Translations under genes and position numbers: made by a program | Source: Octopus sinensis | Taxonomy: Eukaryota | Assembly (NCBI RefSeq): GCF_006345805.1 | Contig: NC_043024.1 | Location: forward strand, 15,934,001 to 15,998,000 | Reading direction: 5' to 3' | DNA length: 64,000 nt | Part shown: positions 1-11,354 of the stretch, piece after piece | Numbering within the stretch: the first letter of the stretch is position 1 | How the letters are laid out: the number at the start of each line of letters is the position of its first letter | Notes under the pieces: model-generated | What the model was told of the DNA's origin: nothing | The model's input: only the letters and a program-made list of their open reading frames with translations | Databases searched by the model: none

Positions 1-745
1 CTCTATCTCTGTCTTTTTCTCTGTCTTTTCGTTTGCATTTCCCTCTTACCCTCTTTCTCCTCCTACAGCCATAACTTCCTCTCTTTCTCTCTTACACTCC
101 CTCCTCTCCGTCCTGAACATGCTTCACTGCCCGTTCTTTCCTGTCTACTCTAACTATTCCTCTCTCCCTCACAACCTCATAACATTAGAGAGGTTAAACC
201 ACTTCCCGGGTAAGGTCTTCTCTCTGGTTACGCTTCGTTTCGTCTTTCCTGTGATCGTCGCCATGTCAAATTTAATTAACGCTATGTCCGAATTCTCATT
301 AATTCATTAAATTAGTACTTTTTTTCACTGGACCCAAAGGTAACCTGAATAGTGTGAACAGAGGGAAGTACAGATATTATGTAAGACAATGCGGTTGCTT
401 TACCTGTTGGAAATAGCAGCCAGGTTGCCCTCAAATCACTTCTTACTGTCTCTTAGAAAAGATGCATTTGACGGTGTATTTCTAGACGTATTATGTCAGA
501 AATACAGAATGGCTGGTCAAGCTGAAACATCCTTGATCGTAGGTCTGCTAGCTCAGGAGTGGCCTGGGGCTGAATAATCATATATTTTTATGTACTTTAT
601 AAAATAGAAATTAAAAATCAGTGGTGGCCTTTCTCCTATAAAAACCAACAATCACCTCAATGTGGTTTGGGGGCGAACCAGAAATTGGGAGAACGATGGC
701 AACGGTACTTGAATGACAATCTAAATAGTAACTTATATGATATAT

Positions 746-1055
746 GGAGGCGCAATGGCCCAGTGGTTAGGGCAGCGGACTCACGGTCCGAGGATCGCGG
801 TTTCGATTCCCAGACCGGGCGTTGTGTGTGTTTATTGAGCGAAAACACCTAAGGCTCTGCGAGATTCCGGCAGAGGGTGGTGGCGACCCCTGTTGTACTC
901 TTTCGCCCCAACTTTCTCTCACTCTCTCTTCCTGTTTCTTGAGTAACGCTGCGATGGACTGACGTCCCGTCCAGCTGGTGGTGGGGAATACATACGCCAT
1001 AGAAACCGGGACACCGGGCCTATGAGTCTGGCTAGGCTTGAAAAGGGCAATGAAA
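746..1055 (+). mobile_element. tRNA-derived SINE, family A
   Basis: A box TGGCCCAGTGG and B box GTTTCGATTCCC; same head recurs at 25390, 26217 and on the minus strand at about 56430 and 57720. Confidence 0.85.
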
Positions 1056-1084
1056 AAAACATCTTAAAAGTAAGAAATTTAAAT

Positions 1085-1945
1085 AGAAAAAAATTCCTGT
1101 TTTACAGAAAAAGAGTTTAAGAAAATATTCAAACTTCCAATTTTTCTGAAAAATATTATTGTTATACAGAAAAAGGTTTAATAAAATGTTGAGCATTCAA
1201 AATTTAGAAACTGGAATCGAAAAATAAATGAAATTTAATTGGCATTTTGTTGTCCTTTTTGAAATGCTCACCTCATTATCAAACATATCTTATTTCCAAA
1301 GTGGGGTGGAATACCACCTTTTTTTAACAAATGAAGATTAACTATATAATTTCTTTTGGAAGCATAGGAGAAGGATTTGATGGGATTAAGGACAGAAGGA
1401 GACGTTTAATCGAATAGAAGAGAGAAGCGAAAAAAGAGGGGAGGAGGAGGCAAGAAACATGAAACAATGGTAGGTCCAGGAAGAAGGAAAATGAGTTATT
1501 CGAAGAGGGAAGATGGTGGGAGGTGAATGATGAAATGAAGAGAGAAGGAAAAGAAGGAGGAAAAGAGAAAAAGATAAGAAGAAGAGAAAGAGAGAAGAAG
1601 AATAAAAGAGAGATAGGTCTGAGAAGAAGGATAATCACTCAGATAATGTCCCAGATAAAGAGAAAGGATTGTAAAATGGAATGGGGGAGAGAAAAGAAAG
1701 AGGAGGAAGTGAAGAGATTTTATTGTTAAAACTATTTTTTTTTCAAAAAGTGTAACAAGATGCCAATTAATTTTTTTTATTTTTTCGATTCTAGTTTCTA
1801 ACTTTTGAAGGCTCAAAATTTTATGAAACCTTTTTCTGTAAAACAACAATTTTCTTTTTTTCCTTTTTTTTTTTTTAGAAAAATTTAAAGTATGAACATT
1901 TTGTTAAACCCTTTTTTCTGTAAAACAGAACGTTTTTTTCCATTT
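1085..1945. repeat. Foldback-like element: degenerate inverted arms of about 190 bp around a purine-rich (GA) core
   Basis: 1085-1265 approximates the reverse complement of 1738-1945, with internal TTACAGAAAAAGGTTT subrepeats. Confidence 0.65.
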
Positions 1946-1947
1946 AG

Positions 1948-3310
1948 ATATTACAAATGATTTGGAGCAAACATCTGAAACAAGATATGGCGCTCAGACA
2001 TTGGCAATCAAAATGGATTACGCTGAAACTGCTCTGATGGTGACGATCTGAATTCTAATTCTTTTACATTTTAACAGTACACAAAGTTTTTCAAGGAATT
2101 GAAGTTCGTCTGAACAAAGTGGTAGATCTAACCGATTCTTTAAAAAACTTTCTGAAATCATATTGAGATAGGTATGAAGAGTTGGAACTGGATGCTAGGA
2201 ACGTGTGGAAATACAGACTCTAAAACAACAACAAATATAACAAGGAAGACAAACAGGCATGGAGTAAATCTAGCATCAGCCTCGGAGGGAGTTGTCCTTT
2301 CTTATTTCTTTACTGTCCACAAGAGGCTACACACAGAGGGGACAAACAAGTACACACAAACGGATTAAGTCAATTATATCGACCCCAGTGCGTAACCGGT
2401 ACTTAATTTATCGACCCCGAAAGGATGAAAGGCAAAGTCGACCTCGGCGGAATTTGAACTCAAAACGTAACGGCAGACGAAATACCGCTAAGCATTTCGC
2501 CCGGCGTGCTAACTTTTCTGCCAACTCGCCGCCTTTCTGCAAGAGAACAATGCAGATGCAGGACTTTCAATATCATTTTACATCAGTTTTTCATTCTCTT
2601 ACAAAATCACAGATGAGTTTATCGATCTGTGTACGACAAGCTCAAAGTAATACATGCAGATTTCAGAACTGAATCTGAGAAACTCATCCCCGTTTCCCTG
2701 TGATTTTAGTAATGCGTTCATAGAAGTAATTGTACAGCTTACAGCCTTTTGTTAACCCAGGACATATTTCACTTTATCTAAAGAGGCTCTTTTAATCCAT
2801 AATAAAAGGCTTGCTTATAACTTTCCAACTATTGATGTAACTCTTAAAATATATTTGAGCTTGATGGTTATTAGTTGTTCAGGAGAAAGGTTATTCGATA
2901 AACTGAGACTGATAAAGAATTGTCTGAGAACCAAAACGACTCATGAAAGACTAAGTATTCTGTGCCTTTTGAATGTAGAGAACCGTATTCTAAAAACGCG
3001 TATCTTGAGAAATTCATTAAAGATTTTTCTGATACAAAGTGCAGAAAGAAAGTCGCTTTTGTAGGTATCATAGTGTATAGTGGTAAGTTGATAAAACTTG
3101 TTGTACTTTGTTTAGATTGCAAACTTTGCACTGACTGATGCCTTTAAATTTTGTGTGTTAACTTGTCAATTTCAGTTATATGCAATAGACGGATAATGAG
3201 ATGTAAATTTGGTAATTTTACATGGATTTTAATATCTGAGTATGAATGACCCCCCCCCCACCACCGAATTTAAAGTGCTCTGGGCCCTACAAGATGTGAA
3301 CCCAGTCCTG
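1948..3310 (+). mobile_element. Degenerate hAT transposon, 3' part
   Basis: ISCSGERLFDKLRLIKNCLRTKTTHERLSILCLLNVE (hAT C-terminal dimerisation domain) at 2855-3064; further hAT-like decayed coding upstream; terminus ...GGGCCCTACAAGATGTGAACCCAGTCCTG. Confidence 0.8.
2298..2533 (-). mobile_element. tRNA-derived SINE, family B, nested in the hAT element
   Basis: Core GCCTTTCATCCTTTCGGGGTCGATAAATTAAGTACC (probably the Meta/Nin-type core) on the minus strand; near-identical copies at 27933, 44345, 52145, 53894, 55230. Confidence 0.88.
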
Positions 3311-3359
3311 CGCTCCACACATGCACAAATAGATAGATAGACAGACAGATAAATATAGG

Positions 3360-3395
<36 letters not shown>

Positions 3396-3865
3396 TAGAT
3401 AAGTTCCATTTGCTGTGAGGAACGAAGAATCCGCATGAAAACATTATAATTATGGTGCCTAATCTGGAGAAATAAAGGTCAGAATCAGAATCAGGACAAT
3501 TTTTTGACCCAGAAACAAGTCTTACTTAACTTGTATTTCTTTTGAACCTGAAATTTGTTGCACAGTGTTATTAAACTCTTCTATTAAATCTTGGACTGAG
3601 CAGAATGGTTCTCTTGCAGAGTTGAAATGCTCAAGAACACAACAGGCGACCCAGTCCGGGATTCGAACTCACAACCTCACGATCGTAAGCTCGACTCTCT
3701 AACGGATAAAAATTTCTTAGCTTCTCTTCCCAATTTTGCAATATTTCTTTATTACAAAAATATCATTAAACTTTATAACTTGTTGGTCGACATCTCGAAC
3801 AATTTCTTGCTCACAGGACAGAAGGTTCAAACTATTTCCAATTATTTTGATTCTATTCTCAACAG

Positions 3866-3980
3866 GATGATTTCCCTGGTTTAATTCCTCTCATACACAA
3901 ATATCTTGATTATAATTACGATACCGGTAGCAGACCTCAAAATATGAAATACCTGAAATATATTTCAGACAAAGCTGCAG
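3866..3980 (+). CDS. GCLC: GCLC-like paralog 1, penultimate exon (DDFPGLIPLIHKYLDYNYDTGSRPQNMKYLKYISDKAA-G)
   Basis: AACAG acceptor at 3861-3865; 115 nt (38 codons+1); matches human GCLC EGVFPGLIPILNSYL...YLKLIKKRAS/G; phase 1 joins the next exon; donor reads G|ATAAGA instead of G|GTAAG. Confidence 0.9.
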
Positions 3981-4520
3981 ATAAGATGATTCATTTGTTT
4001 CCGTCGACTCATCCACCTTCAGATAGTTTTGAAAGCCCATAGAAAATGCGAGCCTTTTACGTGAAAAACTGTGGATTTGTATAAAGGACACACAGACACA
4101 CAGATACACAAACATTTTGCCGTTTATAGATATAGAGATGTTGCTGCAAATACACAACATTTAATCTCTAATGATGCTAGTTTGTTCTTTTTAATTATAA
4201 AATATAATGTTAAACTATCTTTTAACCTTGTAACAACCATCGTTAATAAACCATCAAACTCCAAATACTACGTACTTATATGAAGAAAACTGTGTGTGTG
4301 TGTGATTCTATCACAGTTAAACCATTCTATCACAGTTTGGTTTTAAGCAATGTTTTCAAAACAGTTATCACAGCTAAAACGAATAAAGAAAAGAAACAAT
4401 TAGGGCTTTATCTGTTTTTGCCTCAGATCACGAAGTCAGGATATTGTTACAGAATACAGCAAATAATTTCCATATAAAATAAATAATAAACCTTTTTTTT
4501 TATTTTCATTTAATTTATAG

Positions 4521-4687
4521 GAAAGATAATGACAATGGCCCAATGGACAAGACAGTTTGTAACAAATCATGAAGATTACAAGAATGACTCTGTTGTCAGT
4601 GAGAGAATCGCTTATGATTTTATGATGGAATGTGAGAAGATTGTCAACAACGAAGAAGGATGTCCTCAAGCATTTATCAGGAGTTAA
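4521..4687 (+). CDS. GCLC: GCLC-like paralog 1, terminal exon (GKIMTMAQWTRQFVTNHEDYKNDSVVSERIAYDFMMECEKIVNNEEGCPQAFIRS*)
   Basis: TTTATAG acceptor; matches human GELMTVARWMREFIANHPDYKQDSVITDEMNY...C; TAA at 4685-4687; AATAAA at 4723-4728. Confidence 0.93.
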
Positions 4688-5116
4688 CAAAAACTACAAC
4701 AATTTCACTTTGTATTCAGTCGAATAAAATTATGCCAGTGCTTATTATTTTCTACCGGTAGCTTTTGTCAAACCGCTAAGTTACAAGGATATAAGCAAAC
4801 AAACTCCAGTTGTTAAGAGATGATGGGTACAAAGACAGACACAACGCTTTATAGGTGCGAAAACAATGGTCACTCTCTTACCGGCCATAACAAACGACCT
4901 TATATGTATGTGTATCAGGTATTATATCTATGTGTATATCAGGTATCAGGTGTTAACAAAAGCCATAATTTTGTTTAACTTATAAATAGGTAAAAAGAAA
5001 AACATGAAATCGGTACCAGAGGAATTTGAACTCAGAACGTAAGACGCTTAAAGAAATAACACTAAGAATTTCGCCCATGATTCTACTTTCTCACTGCTTT
5101 GTTGCTACTAAGCATG

Positions 5117-5445
5117 TGTGAAGGTGCGTGGCTTAGTGGTTATGGCATTCGGCTCACGATTGTAAAGTCGTGATTTCGATTCCCGGCGACGCGTTGTGGC
5201 CTTGAGCAAGACACTTTATTTCACATTGCTCCAGTCCACTCAGCTGGCAAAAATGAGTAGTACCTATATTTCGAAGGGCCAGCCTTGTCACACTCTGTGT
5301 CACGCTGAATCTCCCTGAGAACTACGTTAGGGGTACGCGTGTCTGTGGATTGCTCAGTCACTTGCACGTTAATTTCATGAGCAGGCTGTTCCGTTGATCG
5401 TATCAGCTGGGACCCTCGTCGTCGTAACCGACGGTGTGATCCTAA
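5117..5445 (+). mobile_element. tRNA-derived SINE, family D
   Basis: GTGAAGGTGCGTGGCTTAGTGG head and CCTTGAGCAAGACACTT central domain; paralog at 44920-45247. Confidence 0.85.
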
Positions 5446-5492
5446 CTAAGCATGTTGTCCGTCATATGCAATATATAATAAATGTCTATATA

Positions 5493-5619
5493 CAGGGTGA
5501 TTCAAAAGTCGCCATACATAAGAACAATTAATTTTTTTTATAAGAAACAGTTTTTTTAATTAACTGTTTCTTATAAAAAATAAATTTTTCCTATGTATGG
5601 TGACTTTTGAATCACCCTG
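5493..5619. mobile_element. Palindromic Tc1/mariner-type MITE
   Basis: CAGGGTGATTCAAAAGTCGCCATACATAG ... CTATGTATGGTGACTTTTGAATCACCCTG; almost fully self-complementary; TA on the left flank. Confidence 0.85.
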
Positions 5620-5625
5620 TGTATG

Positions 5626-5656
<31 letters not shown>

Positions 5657-5657
<1 letters not shown>

Positions 5658-5890
5658 GGCGTGGCTGTGTGGTAAGTAGCTTGCTTACGAACCACATGGT
5701 TCCGGGTTCAGTCCCGCTGCGTGGCACCTTGGGCAAGTGTTTTCTACTATAGCCTCGGGCCGACCAAAGTCTTGTGAGTGGATTTGGTAGATGGAAACTG
5801 AAAGAAGCCCGTCGTATATATGCATGTGTATGTATATGTTTGTGTGTCTGTGTTTGTCCCCCCAACATCGCTTGACAACCGATGCTTGTA
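5657..5890 (+). mobile_element. tRNA-derived CORE-like SINE, family C
   Basis: GGCGTGGCTGTGTGGTAAG head and GTGGCACCTTGGGCAAGTG core; copies at 17900, 26655, 27665, 42090(-), 61480. Confidence 0.85.
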
Positions 5891-6327
5891 AACCGTAACC
5901 CTCCCCCTTTCGGAGAAGGGGCTTTGGTTATTGTTTCAAAATTGAATTGTGTCCTTGTTTGGGGAAATTGACAATATTTTTACCGTCTTTACGGAAGCAT
6001 TTTTGTTAAAATGCCTTCCATAGAAGAAAGTCAAAAAATGAATTTCGCTGCAGCCGTACACTTCTATACAAGATCCAATTGATCGAAATTGCAAGAGATG
6101 GGCCTACAATTCCAGTCTGTTAGATATTTTGAGTATTGTTATCACTAGCGATATCAAAATATAACTTTGTATTTTGTATTTTATGTGTAGATGTATATAT
6201 ATATATATATATATAGATGTACATGTAATATGTACACATATATATACACACATATATACATGCATAATATATCTACCCATACACACACACACACACACAT
6301 ACATAGGGGCAGGTGTGGCTGTGTGGT

Positions 6328-7647
6328 AACAAACTACGTTCGAAGATACTGTACTTGATATGGGCGGTAGTGCCTTGCCGGTTTATGGCCTACCTTCAAC
6401 AAACCGGGAAGGCACAAATACTCTGTCTTCACATTTGCTGCGTGAGACATGTTTCAATGTTGACGAGCTTGCCGAGTACATAGCCGACAATGAGCCAAAG
6501 CTCCTTCCAGAACACAAGTTCGCTTACAACTCCGTTGTTAATTCAGTCCAGGCCAAAACTGGGAGGATTTTTTTTCCTGGACGCTCCTGGGGGCACTGGG
6601 AAAACTTTTGTCAACAAATTAATATTGGCTGGGATTAGGCGAACACAAGGCATTGCCCTAGCTGTGGAATCATCTGGAATTGCGGCTACTTTGTTGCCAG
6701 GCGGCAGGACAGCTCACTCCACTTTCAAGCTTCCGCTTCACTTAGCGAAGACTGAGACACCAACTTGCAACATCAGTAACAGCTCCGATCAGGCAGAAGT
6801 CTTCAGACGATGCAAGCTTATCGTTTGGGATGAATGCCCGATGGCCCACAGACGTGCTCTTGAAGCACTAAATAGATCTCTCAGAGACATCAAACACTCT
6901 TCACCTCCGATGGGAGGCATAACACTTCTTCTTTCAGGGGACTTCCGACAAACACTTCCCGTTATTCCCAAAGGGACTACAGCTGATGCAGTAAGTGCGT
7001 GTCTTAAGTCATCCACATTGTGGCCACTGGTGAAGACTCTCAAACTTCACACCAATATGCGTGCTCATATGCGATGTAATATCACATCAGCTGCATTTCC
7101 TCACACCCTCCTTGCACTTGGCGAAGGCAAAATACCAGGGGATGAAAATGGTAATATTGCCATCGATTCCATTTGTACCATTGTTAAAACGCCTTCTGAT
7201 CTCAGAGATGCAGTGTTCCCAGATCTACAAGCTAATTATCAGAATATGGATTGGATTGGCCAAAGGGCTATTCTGGCCCCGAGGAATAAAACTGTTCACC
7301 ATATGAAATGCTAAAACTCATTCTTGGGGAAGTCTATGTATATCAGTCTATCGATACAACTCCTGACCCAGAGGACGTCATCAACTATCCAATAGAGGTA
7401 CTCAATTCCTTTGAGCACCCCGGACTACCACCACACATTCTCAAACTTAAAGTTGGTGCCCCTATAATGCTCATCAGAAATTTGGTTCCCCCAAAACAAT
7501 GCAATGGCACACGTTTGATCGTTAAGTCCTTATCTCCCACCGTAAACTTATATCAATATTTGCCTGAATAATCATCATAATTCAGTGCAATCATTAACAG
7601 TACTTTCAAGCAATTCAGCCCCGAGCATCGCCGGGCAATTCTGCTAG
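6328..7647 (+). mobile_element. Helitron fragment with PIF1-type helicase (frameshifted, internally deleted) and intact 3' terminus
   Basis: ORFs 6490-7314 (DAPGGTGKT, IVWDECPM, GDFRQTLP) and 7308-7571 (LKVGAPIMLIRN...CNGTRL); GC hairpin at 7617-7636 then CTAG|T at 7644-7648. Confidence 0.93.
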
Positions 7648-7666
7648 TTATATATATATATGTATA

Positions 7667-8175
7667 TGATCTCCCTTTGCAGGCTAGCAAGGACACCGTG
7701 ATGGTGTCGGCTCTTCTAGTGACGTCGATAGTCGCCTGGGGCTAAATGCATCAGTAATACCCCCACCACCCCGCCCTGTCCCTAGCCACATTCAGATGGC
7801 TGATCCCGCTTATATTATAGAGCAGTTACTGTTTATACCTCGCTCAGAGATTTATTATTGTCTTCGAACAGATTTTCTACGCCAGTGACTGTAGTTACTG
7901 TGAAAATCTATATATATCTAGCCTGTACAGGAAGTCCCTCAACGAAGAACGGTGCTTGCCATGCGCTGACAAGAGGCAATTACCTCGAAACCGGTCCGTG
8001 TGTAGCATCCGTATCTTCGGGGAGGCTGATCTCCCTTTGCAGGCTAGCAAGGACACCGTGATGGTTTCGGCTCTTCTGATGACGTCGATAGTCGCCTGGG
8101 GCTAAATGCATCAGTAACACCCCCACCACCCCGCCCTGTCCCTAGCCACATTCAGATGGCTGATCCCGCTTATAT

Positions 8176-8179
<4 letters not shown>
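7667..8179 (+). repeat. Penelope-type pseudo-LTR remnant: 153-bp direct repeat (offset 360) around a hammerhead-like motif
   Basis: 7667-7819 repeats at 8027-8179; shares CAGTTACTGTTTATACCTCGCTCAGAGATTTATTATTG with 49134-49540. Confidence 0.7.
7960..8002 (+). ncRNA. Minimal type I hammerhead ribozyme with a G8->A core mutation
   Basis: CATGCG-CTGACAA-GAGG(caatta)CCTC-GAAAC-CG-GTC-CGTGTG: stems I and II pair, palindromic stem III ACCGGT. Confidence 0.75.
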
Positions 8180-8207
<28 letters not shown>

Positions 8208-8315
8208 CATACATATTATATATATACATATATACATATATATATATATACATATTATATATATACATATATATATATATACATATTACATATATACATA
8301 TATATATATATATAC

Positions 8316-8364
<49 letters not shown>

Positions 8365-8559
8365 TATATATATATATATACATGTTACTCTTTTACTTGT
8401 TTCAGTCATGTGACTGTGGCCATGCTGGAGCACCGCCTTTAGTCGAGCAAATCGACCCCAGGACTTATTCTTTGTAAGCCTAGTACTTATTCTATCGGTC
8501 TCTTTTGCCGAACCGCTAAGTTACGGCATCAGTTGTCAAGCGATGGGGGAGGGGGCAAA

Positions 8560-9740
8560 CACAACACACAAACATATATGCTAAAATGGAAATAACAATG
8601 GGGCATGTTCGGTATATCTTGCTTTATGATTTCAATAAAGGCAACAACGCGACGGAAAGTGCGAGGAATATTAATGCAATATATGGGGGTCGGACAATAA
8701 ACGTAAGCCAGTGTCAACGGCTGTACCAGAAATTCTGAGCCAGAAGCTGCAACCTAGAAATGAACCTTGAACTGGAAGATCTGTAGAGCTCGACGAGGAT
8801 GTCTCGCAAAACCTGGTGGAACAAAATCCCACCGTAACTATTGAGGAACAAGCACAGAAACTTGAATTTGGTCGGTCAACCATGCATCGACACCTGGATG
8901 CCATTGGTAAAGCCAGCAAATTGAGTCAGTGGATTTGTCACAAACTTTCTGAGTCTAATCGCATGGAGAGAGTGAATATGTGCTCTTCTTTATTGTCACG
9001 TCTCAAGAACGAACCTTGTTTGGACCGAATAGTGATTGGTGACGTGAAACGAATTCTCTATAAAAATGTCACGGTGGGTAGGGAAAGGAGAAACACCGGC
9101 ACCGCAGGCTAATGAAGGTCTTCACTCACGTAAGTTGTTGTTATCTGTTTGATGGGATATGAACAGTTTCGTCCAATTTGAACTTTTAAACCCGAACCAA
9201 ACGATAACACTGGAGATCTTCTGCGAGCAGCTTGGGCGGCTTAAGACACTACTAGAAGGAAAACAAATAACCAGCTTTGGTTTCAAGATGAGAGGTGTTC
9301 TTCCATCAGGATAATGCTTGGATACATACAGCGAGGATGACACCGCAAAGGCGGGAGCAGTTTGAATGGGAAACGATGTCCCACCCTTCATATTCACTGG
9401 ACTTTGCCCTAACTGATTATCATTTATTCCACAGTCTTCAAAATCATTTTATTTTTTATTTTATTTTATCTAGTTTCAGCTCACGAGCTGTGGCCATGCT
9501 GGGGCACCGCCATTTGGACAGAAAAAAATATAAATTCTGTAGACGAAGTCAGAACAGTAGCAGAGGAGTATTTTTCATCATGGACAACTGAATTTTGGAA
9601 GAGGGACCTTGCAAGTTTACCAGATAGATAGAAGAGCATTGTAGAAAATGAAGGAGATTAAAAAAGAAAGTTCTTAATCTTAATTTTAACAAATAAAAAA
9701 GTATTTAAAGACCAAATTATCTATAGGATGACCCATTATA
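8560..9740 (+). mobile_element. Degenerate mariner transposon interrupted by a SINE/LINE tail
   Basis: MEITMGHVRYILLYDF N-terminus, WICHKLSE (WVPHEL), FHQDNAWIH, HPSYSLDFALTDYHLF (YSPDL) motifs. Confidence 0.9.
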
Positions 9741-9754
9741 TATATGTGTGTCTG

Positions 9755-9797
<43 letters not shown>

Positions 9798-10499
9798 AAA
9801 TAAATGGAGTTTAACACAGGTGTTAAATCAAATATTTTTACTTTCGACACATGTTTCGAAAATTCCACTGATACTATTCAAAAAAATAAATGGTATAAAA
9901 CTCAACTTGTGTGTCTCTGTGTTTAACTTCCCGGCACATCTCCTCCTAGCCAACAAATCGTTGAACCACCAAAAATGGGTCACTTAAAGTTTTGGCGAAT
10001 GAAAATTGAACTGCGCTATTTCTGTTCCGAAATTCATCTCGCACGTGCAAAAATTGATAATGTGTTTGTTTAGGCCTTATCCCATGCATTGAATAGTGAA
10101 CTTTACTCAGTCAGCTGTTTGACGTGAACTGTGTTCACCACGCGTGCAAGCATACGTAAATTGCATAAAAAATAAAAAATCAAGATATAAAAACGAATCG
10201 CCGTAAACATTGTAGAAATTCTGCAAAGAAATGAATTTTCGGGATGTAGCCTGAAGGGTTTTTTCGTATTAATCGTTTGGTCTTTGTGAACAATTGTTTT
10301 CATAACATTTTTAACGCTTTGAATTAAATGTGGCCATTTTGCGTTTGAATCACTTTAACCAAATTTTAGCAGGCCGGATTTTTGATCATCATGATACATC
10401 GCCAGCGACTCCTTGAAACTCTCCCCTGAAATCCCCGTTGAGAAATACTGATCTAAAAGAATAATTCAACAATGCAATTATTTGATCAGCAAAAATTTA

Positions 10500-10779
<280 letters not shown>

Positions 10780-11354
10780 ATCAAAATAATCAACAAGAAT
10801 ATCCAGAGGTAATGCAGTGCGATCGTTTCAAGCAACTCCATTTAATTGACCAATACAATAATTTTTGTGTGACTTCAATCGTAAGAAGATATAACAATAA
10901 TGTCAACATTGCGTTGATAGCACGTGTTTTTAATCATTTAATAAGCGAAAAAATTACCAAAAAAAAAAGATTACCAACACATTTTGTTGTTTTAAGCATT
11001 CAATATGCATTTAAAGTGAAAAAGTAAAACGGTAAACAACCCATTTTGTAGTTTCCAGAGTAGAAAAAAGAAACTGTAAAAAAATTAAATATGTCATAAA
11101 CAAATAAAATATTTCGTAAACAATGCATGCGAGCACAGAGACAGCAATTTAGCGACCTTTATGTCAGACAGATAGAAGTTGTCATTTGGCATGATACGGC
11201 AACATAATTTTTTTTTTCTGGGATCTTTTCAATCTGCGAAGTTTCAAGGTGTTTAGTTTTAAAAAATTAATTCAAAAATCTGGTCATCATATTGAAAAGA
11301 ATCCAGAAGGATCTTTCCCAGAATCGTTAGCACACCTTGCAAAATACTGGGATC

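Noticed and set aside
222-265. Hammerhead-like motif on the minus strand (…GACGAAACGAAGCGTAACCAG)
   Set aside because: The CUGANGA core is mutated and stem II is incomplete; too degenerate to call.
746-830. tRNA-like sequences (also 5117, 25390, 26217, 47940)
   Set aside because: A and B boxes continue into SINE bodies and tails; no proper acceptor stem, so these are SINE heads rather than tRNA genes.
1948-2040. Apparent exon AG|AT ATT (DITND...) resembling the GCLC exon that starts DIC in phase 1
   Set aside because: The translation continues into hAT-like decayed coding (ETALMVTI*...NKVVDL..SLKNFLKSY*DR) contiguous with the hAT dimerisation domain, and there is no ...INGK|GT end.
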